DNA from: Planctomycetota bacterium
GTDB lineage: Bacteria; Planctomycetota; JAJSAM01; JAJVHW01
Direction of reading: 5' to 3'
NCBI GenBank assembly: GCA_021776825.1
Contig: JAJFFG010000051.1
Span: 17,283-81,282, forward strand
DNA length: 64,000 nt
In this document: piece after piece, positions 27,731 through 37,531 of the stretch
How positions within the stretch are numbered: the stretch's first letter is position 1
Layout of the letters: every line of letters starts with the position of its first letter
Program-made: the position numbers and the translations under genes
Notes under the pieces: model-generated
What the model was told of the DNA's origin: nothing
What the model saw: the letters and a program-made list of their open reading frames with translations, nothing else
The model's database searches: none

Positions 27731-28957
27731 GTGAGATCCGATCGTCGCTTCATCGCGGGTGTCGTCCTGCTGGCGCTCCTCGTGCGGTCGATCGCGCTCG
27801 GTCGGGACGACCTGTGGGCGGACGAGATCCACACGCTGCAGGCCATCGAGCTCGACTGGCGAGCGATGATCGTCGAGCGGTTCACGCAAGGTCACGTGCC
27901 CGGCTACTTCGCGATCGCGAAGGCGTGGTCCATCGCGGCCGGAACGTCGCAGGCCGCCCTGCGAGGGCCGTCGGTCGCGTTCGGCGCCCTGGCGATTGTG
28001 CCCCTGTTCGCGGTCGCGCGTCGCCTGTCTCCGTCCGCCGGCGCCGCACGGTGGACGGTCGTGCTGCTCGCGGCCCACCCGCTGCTGATCGAGTTGTCCC
28101 GCGAGGCGCGCATGTACCCGCTGCTGCTGCTGGTCGGGGCGGTCTTCGTCGCAGCGACTCTGCGCATCCTCGACGGCGGCGCGGGCTGGGCGTGGCTCTT
28201 CCCAGCAGCGATCGCCGGCCCGCTCATCCACCCCACGTGGGCGTTCATGCTCGTACCGCTCCTTGCCGCCGTGCTCTGGAGTCGCAGCGACGGAGAGCCG
28301 CGCCGCCGCCGTGGCATCGTCCTCGCCTGTCTTCTCAGCGCCGCCGTGACCGTCGCGGTGCTGCTCCCGGTCGACGCCCAGACTGGTCAAGAGCTCCTCC
28401 GGCGCCCGTGGTGGCGAGAGATCGGCGTGTTCGTCGTACGGCTTGTCGCCGGCGCCGGTGTCCGCGAACACTTCCTCCTCTGGTACGCACTGCTCCTGGC
28501 TGCCTCGACCTGGTGCGCGGTGCGCGGGTGGTCGCTGCTCGATGCACGCGCACGCCGTTTCGCCGTCTGCCTCGGACCGGGGGTCGTGGCTGCGGGGGGG
28601 TTCGCGTCCGTGTTCGGGCTGACGCTCGGCCCGATGCGCTACGTGCAGTTCGCGACGATCGGGATGTGCTTGGTCATCGGGGCCGGTGCGTCGACGGGTC
28701 GCGCGCGCTGGCTGCTCGTGCCGGCGCTGGTGCTGGTGCTCGGTCTGCGCTTCGTGCCGGCGCGTACGGCATGGAGCACCGCGCTCGCCGGCGTCGATCC
28801 CGCGCTGCCGCTCGTCTTGGTCGATCCCTCGGCGCGGATGGTGGCCGAGCACTACGCAGGGCGTCCGGTCTCGATCGGAGATCCACCGGCGGGCGCGGCG
28901 GCGTGGATCGAGCTCGCGGCGAACGCGGACGAGGTGCGGGTCATCGAGCGTCCCTGA
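27731..28957 (+). CDS. GT-C fold membrane glycosyltransferase, ArnT/PMT-like (GT39/GT83-type), paralog 1
   Basis: About 11 TM segments. N-terminal periplasmic-loop DE motif LWADEIHT. Divergent from the GT2 gene. Confidence 0.7.
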   Translation: MRSDRRFIAGVVLLALLVRSIALGRDDLWADEIHTLQAIELDWRAMIVERFTQGHVPGYFAIAKAWSIAAGTSQAALRGPSVAFGALAIVPLFAVARRLSPSAGAARWTVVLLAAHPLLIELSREARMYPLLLLVGAVFVAATLRILDGGAGWAWLFPAAIAGPLIHPTWAFMLVPLLAAVLWSRSDGEPRRRRGIVLACLLSAAVTVAVLLPVDAQTGQELLRRPWWREIGVFVVRLVAGAGVREHFLLWYALLLAASTWCAVRGWSLLDARARRFAVCLGPGVVAAGGFASVFGLTLGPMRYVQFATIGMCLVIGAGASTGRARWLLVPALVLVLGLRFVPARTAWSTALAGVDPALPLVLVDPSARMVAEHYAGRPVSIGDPPAGAAAWIELAANADEVRVIERP

Positions 28958-28984
28958 GGAGTTCCGACGCGCGACGCCTCGGCT

Positions 28985-30565
28985 TCAGCGTGGGCCGCGG
29001 CGGAGTTCCCAGATGCGGATCACGTTGCCGCCTTCGCCGTACTCACCAACCCGCGAGACGCGTTGGTTGCCCTCCGCGTGGAGCGCCAAGTAGAGCTGAC
29101 GCTGCAGCGCGAGTTCCTCCGACCTCGGGTGATCCGGTGGGATCGCGGACCGCACGAAGCGGTCCGACCATGCGCTCGCTTCGACGAGGAACACACGCCC
29201 CGTGGCCTCCGCCAGCGCGTCCCAGTCGGGAACCGGTGTACGGACCACGCGCGCTCGGGGCAGCCGCCGCCAGTGATCGTCGAGCACGTCGCGCGCCCGA
29301 GCATCCACGTGCGGTCGCTGCGACCACGGCACGGCGTCAACATCCACGACGACGGGAACGTAGTCGGGGGCCAGCCACACGGTGTCGCCCGGCTGCAGTA
29401 GATCCCGGAGGTACTCGCCTGCGGCGGCGCGTCCGTCCGACGCCTTCGTCGCGAACGCGTCGCGGGCCTGGATTCCCAGAATGGCGAGGAGCGCCATCCA
29501 CGCCACGCCTCGCAACCAAAGCGGTTCGGCCAACGACGTCCCGTCGTCACGCCGCGGCTGTAGCACGCCGTACGCCACGGTCGAGAGCAGCGGCAGCAGG
29601 TAGTGGGCCGACTTCTTCTCGATCCCCCAGAGCAAGACAAGCGCCCCGACAGCCCCCCACACCCACGGCTCCCGCAGCATGCGTCGCTGCCGGACGAGCA
29701 CGGCCACGGCGACCGCCGCGGCGAGGAACACGATCCCGTCGGGCACGAGCCGCTCGATCAGCCAGACGCCGTCGATGCCCCAGTCCACAAGGTGACCGTC
29801 CACGCGGACATGCGCGTTCTCGGCGAGCAACGCCTCGAGATGCGCGCGTCCCGCGACGAGCCACGACGGAGCGCCGACGACGAACCCGATCAGTCCGCCC
29901 ACGGCGAGCCGACCCGCAACGCGAGCCCGCCCGCGGAGATCGTTCGCGAGAAGCAGGGGCGCTGCGATCCACGCGAACCCGACCGTAGCGGCGGTCGCCT
30001 TTGCGGCGAACGCGAGCCCGAACGCGAACCCCGCCCGGCCCGGTCGCTCGGCGTCCCACTGCGCGAGCGCAACGACAGCGAGGAGCGAAACGAGCACGTC
30101 TGGCACCGCGAACGCGCCGTAGCGCAGGAACGGCGGCCACAGGAGGAGCCCGACCACCAGCAGCGCCCCCACGGCGGGCGTCCGACTCCCCGCGGCCCGG
30201 CGCAAGAGCAAGCGAGCCAAGACGACGTACGCGACCAGCGACGGGACGCGCGTCCACCAGACCAGTCGCTCCGGCGTGGCGAACCAGTCCACGAAAGCCT
30301 GGACGACGATCGACTGACCGTCGCTCCACGCCTGCAGCGCGATCCCGAGCGCGGCGAACGGCGCGGCGAGGTACGAGTAGAGGGGGCCGTACGCGAAGTG
30401 GCCCGGAACGAGCGTCCGGCCCTGCGCGAACGTGAACACGTTGCGGCTCGTCGCCAACTCGTCTGAGAAGACTGGTTGGTCCCATGCGCCGAACAGCATC
30501 ACGCCGACGGCGACCAGCAGCACGTCGACCCAGCGGTTCCGCAGTCGCTGCAGCGGCTCGCTCAC
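28985..30565 (-). CDS. GT-C fold membrane glycosyltransferase, ArnT/PMT-like, paralog 2
   Basis: Probable GTG start VSEPLQRLRNRWVDVLLVAVGVMLFGAWDQPVFSDELATS (DE motif). Many TM helices. The 5' extension of ORF 28985..31327 is R-rich and rejected. Confidence 0.6.
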   Translation of the reverse strand: MSEPLQRLRNRWVDVLLVAVGVMLFGAWDQPVFSDELATSRNVFTFAQGRTLVPGHFAYGPLYSYLAAPFAALGIALQAWSDGQSIVVQAFVDWFATPERLVWWTRVPSLVAYVVLARLLLRRAAGSRTPAVGALLVVGLLLWPPFLRYGAFAVPDVLVSLLAVVALAQWDAERPGRAGFAFGLAFAAKATAATVGFAWIAAPLLLANDLRGRARVAGRLAVGGLIGFVVGAPSWLVAGRAHLEALLAENAHVRVDGHLVDWGIDGVWLIERLVPDGIVFLAAAVAVAVLVRQRRMLREPWVWGAVGALVLLWGIEKKSAHYLLPLLSTVAYGVLQPRRDDGTSLAEPLWLRGVAWMALLAILGIQARDAFATKASDGRAAAGEYLRDLLQPGDTVWLAPDYVPVVVDVDAVPWSQRPHVDARARDVLDDHWRRLPRARVVRTPVPDWDALAEATGRVFLVEASAWSDRFVRSAIPPDHPRSEELALQRQLYLALHAEGNQRVSRVGEYGEGGNVIRIWELRRGPR

Positions 30566-30702
30566 TCGGCCCGGTCTCGCGGAACTCTCGTCGCGACGGC
30601 GCGCGCAGGCGACGCGCGCGTTCGCGGGGCGAGCGCGACGACGGCGCAGCGGCAGAGTAGTCTCCGACTCATGAGTTCGGGACGAGCGTAGCGGCAGGCG
30701 GA

Positions 30703-32175
30703 ATGGAGTCGAACAGCGGAACTTCGTCGCAGCCCGACCGCTCCGGGCGGGATCGCCTCGTTCGCGCGAGCTGCAACGTCGGCGTGTTCGGTCTCGCCCT
30801 CGGGATCGCGCTGTATGGGCTCGGTCGAGCGGACCTCTGGCACGACGAGGCCGCGTCGCTTCACTTCGCACGGCTCTCGCTCTCGGAGCTGCCGGGAGAG
30901 CTCGCGCGGCGGGACAACCACGGGCCGACGTACTTCGCGTTCCTGCACGCCTGGGCGTCGGTATTCGGCGAGGGCGCGTTCGCTGCGCGTCTGCCCTCAG
31001 CGCTCGCTGCGGCGCTCGCTTGCGTCGGGACGACGTGGATCGGGCAACGGATCGCCGGGCTTCGCGCCGGAGTCGCCGCTGGGGTCCTCCTCGCCACGAG
31101 CCCGATGCACCTCTGGCACGCGCAAGAGGTGCGCTTCTACGCACCCGCTCTGATGCTCGTGACGGCCCAGGTGGCTGCGGCGATGACGCTCTGTGATCGA
31201 CCGACGCGACGGAGAGCAGCGGTGCTCGGCGCCACCGCCCTACTGGGCTTCTCCACGTTCTACCTGGTCGGGCTGGTGTCGATCGCGATCGCCGCCGGCG
31301 CGTTCCTCGGGCGCGACGACGCCGCACGCGCCAGTCGGCGGCACGTCATCGGCGCGTTCGCGGGCGCGGCGGCGGTCGGCCTGCTCTGGGTGCCGTCGCT
31401 GATCGAGCAGTCGCGTCACGCGCTGCGGTTCCTGTCGTGGATCCCCGATCGACCGATCGGACAGTTCCTCGTGGACGTCGGTCTGGAGGCGGTCGCCGGC
31501 GAGGGTGGCGCAGGCATCCTCCCTTCGATGGCGATCATCGCACTCTGCCTCGCGAGCGCCGTGTTCGTCGCGGCCACGATCCGACGGCGGCGGCCCGACG
31601 ATCTGCTCATCACCTTCTGGCTCGTCCTGCCTCTTGTCGTGGTGCTCGTTCTCTCGCTGCGGCAGTCGTTCCTGTTGGTGCGCTACCTCTACATCGCGCT
31701 GCCGGCGCTGTACGTTGCTGCGGCCGCGGGGATCGCACTCCTGTCGCGTCGACGACCGGGACGTCTCGGCGGATGGGCGCTCGCCGCCGTTGGTGCCGGA
31801 CTCGTGCTCCCTGCGCAGGGTCTGGGTCTGCTCGATCAGCACAGCGCCCCGAAGCGCCCCGAGCGCTGGCGGGAGGCGGTCGCGTGGGTCCGTCCGCAAC
31901 TTCGCGCCGGCGACGTGCTGGCGGTGGCTCCGCACTGGGACCTGTACACGCTGGAACTCCACTTCGACGGCGCCGGGCCATTCGTCGCCCTGCGGGCTGA
32001 CGAGGACTCGCTCTCCTCGCTCGGCAACGATGCGCGTCGTCTGTGGGTGCTGCAGTCGTTCGACGAGGGGGAGCCGACGCGGATCGCCCTGCGCGAGGAC
32101 CTGACCCTCAGCGACGAGCGCACCTTCGGCACGCTTCACGTCGACCGGTTCGAGTTGGCGCGAGACGACCGTTGA
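30703..32175 (+). CDS. GT-C fold membrane glycosyltransferase, ArnT/PMT-like, paralog 3
   Basis: DE motif LWHDEAASLHFA after the first TM. About 12 TM helices. Confidence 0.7.
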   Translation: MESNSGTSSQPDRSGRDRLVRASCNVGVFGLALGIALYGLGRADLWHDEAASLHFARLSLSELPGELARRDNHGPTYFAFLHAWASVFGEGAFAARLPSALAAALACVGTTWIGQRIAGLRAGVAAGVLLATSPMHLWHAQEVRFYAPALMLVTAQVAAAMTLCDRPTRRRAAVLGATALLGFSTFYLVGLVSIAIAAGAFLGRDDAARASRRHVIGAFAGAAAVGLLWVPSLIEQSRHALRFLSWIPDRPIGQFLVDVGLEAVAGEGGAGILPSMAIIALCLASAVFVAATIRRRRPDDLLITFWLVLPLVVVLVLSLRQSFLLVRYLYIALPALYVAAAAGIALLSRRRPGRLGGWALAAVGAGLVLPAQGLGLLDQHSAPKRPERWREAVAWVRPQLRAGDVLAVAPHWDLYTLELHFDGAGPFVALRADEDSLSSLGNDARRLWVLQSFDEGEPTRIALREDLTLSDERTFGTLHVDRFELARDDR

Positions 32176-33695
32176 ACGAGCTGGCTCCGCTGCTTCGCCT
32201 TGGTCCAACGCTCGTCGCCGCGCTCGCGATCTGGGCGCTCACGACGGCGTGGCTCTCGTGGTGTGGGCGCACCGGGCGCGACCGACTCGCGTTCTGGCCG
32301 CTCGCCGCCGTCGCGAGCGGCGCTGCGCTGTTCTGGGCGGCGCAGGTCGGGGTGGACTGGGACGAGTCCGAGCACCTGCACGCCGCGTGGCGCGTCGCGG
32401 TCGGTGAGCGGCCGTTCGTCGACTTCTGGCAGCACCACTCGCCGACACTCTGGTTCGTGACGTCGCCACTCGCCGGAGCGCTCGGCGAGTCGCCGTGGCT
32501 CATTCCGGTCGCAAGGGCGCTGAGCACGATCGCGACCATCATCGCGGCCTGGATCGCATGGCGTCTCGCCCGGCGACTGCATGGCGACGTCGCGTCGCCG
32601 TCACGGTTCGTGTTCCTGTTCGCTGCGGGCGCGATCACGTGGCAGTTCGCCTGGCTGCGGCCGGACGTGCCCGCCCTGCTCTTGCTCCTCGGTGCCGGTC
32701 ACGCGTGCGTCGACGTCGCCGAGGGTCGCCGCCGCGGCGCGCTGCTCGCGGGAGCGATGCTGGCACTCGCGTGGGGCTTCGCGCCGAAGCAGTTGGCCTT
32801 CGCCGTGCTGCCGCTGGGCGCCATCGTCTTGGGCGGGATCGGTCCGGGCAGGCGAGACCGGCTCCCGCATCGGCTCGGAGCCTTCGGGATCGGCCTCGTC
32901 CTCGGCGCCGCGCCCCTCGTCGGCGTGCTCCTGCAACAGGACCTCGCCCACGCGTTCTGGCAGAACGTGGTCCGCTTCAACGCGCAGCACGTCGGACCCG
33001 GGTTCCCGTTCGGACCAGCGTGGCTGGTGCTCGGGACCGCGGCGGCCGTTGCTGCGTGGCGGCGGTCGGATCGCTCAGCTGCGGGCAGCGTACTCGTCGT
33101 TGCACTGGCTCTCGTCACGCTCGGTTCCGTGGTCGCCGTGCAACACACGGCCCGCTACCACCTGGCGCCGTGGATGGTGCTGGTCGCTGTGCTTGCGTGC
33201 GGTGCAGACGTTCCGGCCGGACTGGGCGGACTGGGCGGCCGCGTCCGACCCGCCGTGATCGGCCTCCTCTGCGCACTGCTTCTCGTGCCCGGTCTCCGGC
33301 AGGCCTGGAACGCGCGCGGCGAACTCTCCCAGGACATCGCGCGGCGCACGGAGTTGCTCGCGGTCTCGCGCGGCGAGAGCGTCCTGTGTGTCCATCCCGA
33401 CCATCCGATCGCTCGGCCGGACGCGACGCGCCTGCACTCGACGTGGCAGCTGCGCTTCACGCGGCGCAATCAGCTGACGCCGCTGGAACCCGACACCGGC
33501 GCGGGGTTCCTGGACCGCATGCGCGCGGCCCGCCCTGCTGTCGTCGTCACCGAGATCGATCAGGTGCCGATCGCCGAAGCCCTTGCCGCGCGCGGCGTTC
33601 TCTCCGAGGCTGAGGCGCTGGAGCTGAAGACGCTCCTCAGCAGTGCCTACGCGCTGCGAGTCGTCGCAGGCCGGACGTTCTACGTTGCGGAGTAG
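32172..33695 (+). CDS. GT-C-like polytopic membrane protein, paralog 4
   Basis: TTG start overlapping the upstream stop (TTGA). DWDESEHLHAAW acidic loop motif. Many TM helices. The upstream part of ORF 32043..33695 overlaps paralog 3 and is rejected. Confidence 0.5.
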   Translation: MNELAPLLRLGPTLVAALAIWALTTAWLSWCGRTGRDRLAFWPLAAVASGAALFWAAQVGVDWDESEHLHAAWRVAVGERPFVDFWQHHSPTLWFVTSPLAGALGESPWLIPVARALSTIATIIAAWIAWRLARRLHGDVASPSRFVFLFAAGAITWQFAWLRPDVPALLLLLGAGHACVDVAEGRRRGALLAGAMLALAWGFAPKQLAFAVLPLGAIVLGGIGPGRRDRLPHRLGAFGIGLVLGAAPLVGVLLQQDLAHAFWQNVVRFNAQHVGPGFPFGPAWLVLGTAAAVAAWRRSDRSAAGSVLVVALALVTLGSVVAVQHTARYHLAPWMVLVAVLACGADVPAGLGGLGGRVRPAVIGLLCALLLVPGLRQAWNARGELSQDIARRTELLAVSRGESVLCVHPDHPIARPDATRLHSTWQLRFTRRNQLTPLEPDTGAGFLDRMRAARPAVVVTEIDQVPIAEALAARGVLSEAEALELKTLLSSAYALRVVAGRTFYVAE

Positions 33696-33782
33696 CCGGG
33701 CTCGGTCACGGCGCGCGCGAAGGATCTCGGCGCTCCGATGACAGAATCCACCGCACTGGCACGGCCGCCACCCGTTGGTGAG

Positions 33783-35996
33783 ATGGAGACCCCCATGCGC
33801 CCCTCGACCGCCTCGATCGCCGCCGCTCTCCTCCTTGCCGTCGCCGCCTGCGGGACGCCACGCGCCGAGGAGGCGCCGAGCGCGACGAACCCGGACGCCC
33901 CCGTGACGGTCGCGGAGCCGGTCGCCGAACCGATCAAGATCGTGTTCGAGCCTCCGTTCACCGGGCCGTACGTCGACATCGACACGCCGGTCGTCACCAC
34001 GGCGCCGCAGCCGCATCCCGTGCGGCGATTGACGACCTCCGACCGTGTTCTCGTGACCGCGACCGATTGGGGCTTGCACGACGATCGCGAGACCGAGGGC
34101 ACACGTCCGTTCCGCCTGCTGGTGGTCGATGCCGTGACCGAGGCGGTGGTACCGGACGCCGAGATCCGCTTCTTCCGGGTCTCCGACCGCGGTCCGGACT
34201 GGCGCCAGCAGCTCCCCGCGCGGCTGTACGCGGACGAGACCGGCACGGTGAACGTCGACGTCGCGCTCGATGCGCGTGTCGCCATGGTCGCCCGCGCTCC
34301 GGAGTGCCTGCCGGTGACGGCGATCCTCGATCCACTGGCCGGCGTGCGCACGCGAGAGGGTCTGCTCGGTCGCGGCCTGGTCGTCGGGCCGTCGGGTGAG
34401 TCGGCGACGCTCTTCGTCGGCGGCGGCGGGCGCCTCCACGGAGTGGTCACGGACGAGGACGGCCTGCCGCTCGCCGACGCCGTGGTGAGGATCTCGCCGC
34501 CGGACGAGACGCAGCGACAGCCCTGGCGACACGGCTACCTCGTCGACGCCGATGCGAAGCGCTTCCTGTCCCCCATGTGCACAACGGACGCGGAGGGCGC
34601 GTACGACCTCCGCGGGGTCGCGGTCCCGGGCCGCTACGTCGTCCTCGCCGGGCGGGCCCACGATGCGACGGGGCGCTCCGCTGAGACGCTCTTCCTTCCG
34701 GAAACCGACGAGGCCTGCGCGGACGTCCGACTCGAGCCGAGGTCCATGCTGATCGTGCGCGTCATGGACGCCGACGAGACACCGCAGCCGGAGGCGTGGA
34801 TCGAGCTGCAGGCCACGTGGGGCCCGAAGACTCCGGACGTCAGCGACGGTGCCGCTACCGGAGAGTGGCGCTACGGACCGCTGCTCGCAGGCGAGTACCG
34901 CATGTCGGTCAACGCGCCGGACCTGGTCGGAGAACGCCGTGTCGTCACCGTCGACGGGCTCCGAGAGAGCACGCAGACATTCCTGCTGAACCGCGGCGGC
35001 GCGCTGACTGGTCGCCTCACGAACCCCTCCGGCACGCCGATCTCGGGCGTCGAGGTCCGCTTCACGAACCGCAGCTCGCGGCACTCCGCCAAGTCCGACG
35101 ACGACGGCCGCTTCTCGATCCCGGGCGTCTCCGCGGACCCCGGCACCGTGCAGATCTTCACCCCGCCGGGACATCGATCGTACCTCCGACGCAAGGTCGT
35201 CCCCACCGGCGACCCGCTCGAGATCACGTTGGAGCCGCTCTCGTCGATCCGCGGACGCGTGCTCCCCGTGCCGGCCTGCGGCACGGTCACGTACTCCGGT
35301 CCGGGCGGCTCCCGCACGGGCTGGAAGACGCGCGAGATCGCGGTCGACGACGACGGCACGTTCCTTATCGATGGCATCGACGGGGTGCGCGCGTTCGACA
35401 TGCTGCTCTGGCCCGGCGGCGGCGCGTGTCACATCCTGCGTGGCACGAAGCTTACCTCCGGCAAGACACTCGACATCGGCACGATCGACGGCTCCCCCGA
35501 GGCGCGCCTCACGGGTCACGTTGTCGACGAGAACGGAGAGCCGCTCCCCGGCGCGACGGTGTTCCTCGAGCAGTTCCCGGTGGCGCAGCGCGTCCGCACG
35601 CGGACCGACGCGGACGGCTCGTTCACGCTGCCGCTGAACGCGCGAGGCGACGGGCTGCTCGTCGTCAAGGCCGACGGCCTGCCCACGACCCACGTGCCCC
35701 TCGCCGTCGATCCCGATCGTCGACGTGTGTCGCTGCAGGTCCTTCCGGGCGGCACCGTCGCCGGCACGCTCCCCACGACGGGCAGCGGGCGGCAGTCCTC
35801 GTACATCGAGTTCCGGCGCAAGGCGGGCCCCGGGCGCTGGGTCGCGAACGCGACCGCCGGGCTGGGTCTCTACGAGGTCCGGCTCCCCGCGGGCACGTAC
35901 ACCACGCGTGGACGCATCAACGGCAAGTGGGTCGCCGGCGACGAGGTCGAGGTCCGGAGCGGCGGAAAGCACGTCGTCTCGATTAAGGCGCGCTGA
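33783..35996 (+). CDS. lipoprotein with repeated carboxypeptidase-regulatory-like (CarbopepD_reg/Big-like) beta-sandwich domains
   Basis: Start METPMRPSTASIAAALLLAVAACG (lipobox). Repeated G(R/V)V-x-DE-x-G-x-P-L-x-GA-x-V motifs (GVVTDEDGLPLADAVV, GRLTNPSGTPISGVEV, GHVVDENGEPLPGATV). Confidence 0.65.
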   Translation: METPMRPSTASIAAALLLAVAACGTPRAEEAPSATNPDAPVTVAEPVAEPIKIVFEPPFTGPYVDIDTPVVTTAPQPHPVRRLTTSDRVLVTATDWGLHDDRETEGTRPFRLLVVDAVTEAVVPDAEIRFFRVSDRGPDWRQQLPARLYADETGTVNVDVALDARVAMVARAPECLPVTAILDPLAGVRTREGLLGRGLVVGPSGESATLFVGGGGRLHGVVTDEDGLPLADAVVRISPPDETQRQPWRHGYLVDADAKRFLSPMCTTDAEGAYDLRGVAVPGRYVVLAGRAHDATGRSAETLFLPETDEACADVRLEPRSMLIVRVMDADETPQPEAWIELQATWGPKTPDVSDGAATGEWRYGPLLAGEYRMSVNAPDLVGERRVVTVDGLRESTQTFLLNRGGALTGRLTNPSGTPISGVEVRFTNRSSRHSAKSDDDGRFSIPGVSADPGTVQIFTPPGHRSYLRRKVVPTGDPLEITLEPLSSIRGRVLPVPACGTVTYSGPGGSRTGWKTREIAVDDDGTFLIDGIDGVRAFDMLLWPGGGACHILRGTKLTSGKTLDIGTIDGSPEARLTGHVVDENGEPLPGATVFLEQFPVAQRVRTRTDADGSFTLPLNARGDGLLVVKADGLPTTHVPLAVDPDRRRVSLQVLPGGTVAGTLPTTGSGRQSSYIEFRRKAGPGRWVANATAGLGLYEVRLPAGTYTTRGRINGKWVAGDEVEVRSGGKHVVSIKAR

Positions 35997-36043
35997 CCCG
36001 AATCGCAGACGCCGGGGACCGACCGGCCTCGTAGGCTCCGTCC

Positions 36044-37513
36044 ATGCGACGACGGCTCATCGGCTTGGCGGTTGCGCTCGGAGGCCTCGCGGTCGTCGGC
36101 GATGCGCTCGCCGTGGATGCCGAGACCCGCAAGCTGGCGCGCTCGGACGACTGGTCGGAGCGAACCGACGCCGCGATACTGCTCGCGACAGAGGGCACGC
36201 CGGAGGCCGTGAAGTTGCTGCGCAAGCTCCTCACCGACGACCAGCCCTACGTCCGTGATTGGTCCGTCTACTACTGCGACCGGCTGAAGAACGAGGCGGG
36301 GATCGCCGCGCTCGAGCCGCTGACGCGGTCGCGTCACGAGTGGGCGCGGCTCAACTGCGCATCCGCGCTCGGCCGCACGGAGTCGCCGTTCGCGGCGCCA
36401 CTGCTGACGCAGATCACGCTCAACGACCGATCCGCCGGAGTGCGGGCGGCCGCGATGACGGGCCTGGTCCAGCTGAAGAAGCAGGTCGATGTCGACAGCG
36501 TGCTGATGGAGGCATTCCAGAACACCGACGCCGACGTTCGCGCGGCCGCGGTCGTGGCCCAGGACAAGCTGCGCGGGGCGAGCGCGAAGGTCATGGCACT
36601 CGCCGCGTGCGACGACCCAGACGAGGGCGTGCGATGTGTCGGAACGTGGCTGCTGCGGCGTGTCGACCGATCGGCGCTGCTCGCACGTCTCGGCCAGACG
36701 CACAAAGGCGACCGATGGCGCAGTCGAGTTCAGCTCGCAGAGAACGCGACCTTCCTCCGCGCGCGGGAGTCGATCGACGTGCTCGTCGCGCTCCTCGACG
36801 ATGCGAACCCGCGTGTGGCGTCACAGGCGCATCGCGGGCTGCGCCGTCTGAGCGGCACGCGTCTGGGCCGCGACCGGGATCTGTGGGACAGCTGGTGGAA
36901 GGCGAACCGCGCCGGGTGGACGGTGACCAAGGAGATGCCACCCGCCCCGTCGGTCGAGGCCGGCGACACGTTCGCGCGCTACCACGGAATGGAGGTCGAT
37001 TCCGCCGGCGTGCTGTTCGTGCTGGACGCCTCCGCGAGCATGTACGGGCGGCTGGACGAGGACGCCACCGAAGGTCCTTCCAGGTGGGAACTCGCGACGA
37101 CCGAGCTGTTCGCCACGCTCGATCAGCTCCCAGACGGACTGCCCGTCAACGTCGCGCGCTTCCACGAGGATGCCAAAGCAGCCTTTCCGACGCCGCGAGC
37201 TCTCAGCAAGTCCACCCGAAAGGCGCTGCGGGCCTTCATCGAGGGCACCGAGCTCGAGGCGGCGACCAACCTCTACTCGGCACTCCGCCTGACGCTCCGC
37301 ATGAAGGGCATCGACACGGTCTTCATCCTGTCGGACGGCGACTCCACGCACGGCGAGATCGTCCGCGACGACCGCATCGCACCGATCTTCTGGCGCGCGA
37401 ACCGGAGCCGAAAGCTCGCCGTGCACACGATCGCGTTCGGCGCGGACCAGTCCGGGAGCGAACTGCTGACGCGACTTGCAACGAACAACGGCGGCCGCTT
37501 GGTGAAGAAGTAG
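36044..37513 (+). CDS. secreted HEAT-repeat protein with C-terminal von Willebrand factor A (vWA) domain
   Basis: Signal peptide. HEAT/PBS-lyase-like repeats (DWSERTDAAILL, DRSAGVRAAAMTGL, DADVRAAAVVAQ, DPDEGVRCVGTWLL, NPRVASQAHRGL). The vWA MIDAS-containing segment VLFVLDASASM...TNLYSAL...VFILSDGD. Confidence 0.7.
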   Translation: MRRRLIGLAVALGGLAVVGDALAVDAETRKLARSDDWSERTDAAILLATEGTPEAVKLLRKLLTDDQPYVRDWSVYYCDRLKNEAGIAALEPLTRSRHEWARLNCASALGRTESPFAAPLLTQITLNDRSAGVRAAAMTGLVQLKKQVDVDSVLMEAFQNTDADVRAAAVVAQDKLRGASAKVMALAACDDPDEGVRCVGTWLLRRVDRSALLARLGQTHKGDRWRSRVQLAENATFLRARESIDVLVALLDDANPRVASQAHRGLRRLSGTRLGRDRDLWDSWWKANRAGWTVTKEMPPAPSVEAGDTFARYHGMEVDSAGVLFVLDASASMYGRLDEDATEGPSRWELATTELFATLDQLPDGLPVNVARFHEDAKAAFPTPRALSKSTRKALRAFIEGTELEAATNLYSALRLTLRMKGIDTVFILSDGDSTHGEIVRDDRIAPIFWRANRSRKLAVHTIAFGADQSGSELLTRLATNNGGRLVKK

Positions 37514-37531
37514 CGGCGGCGTTTCCGCGCT

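Noticed and set aside
27814-29988. 724-aa plus-strand ORF
   Set aside because: Alternative frame overlapping two real GT-C genes on opposite strands. Extreme Arg/Ala/Pro composition.
33750-33780. TGGCAC motif upstream of lipoprotein gene as sigma-54 promoter
   Set aside because: The -12 TTGC element is absent at the required 5-nt spacing.
33075-35972. 965-aa minus-strand ORF
   Set aside because: Antisense to the CarbopepD_reg lipoprotein gene. R/D/G-rich and without motifs.
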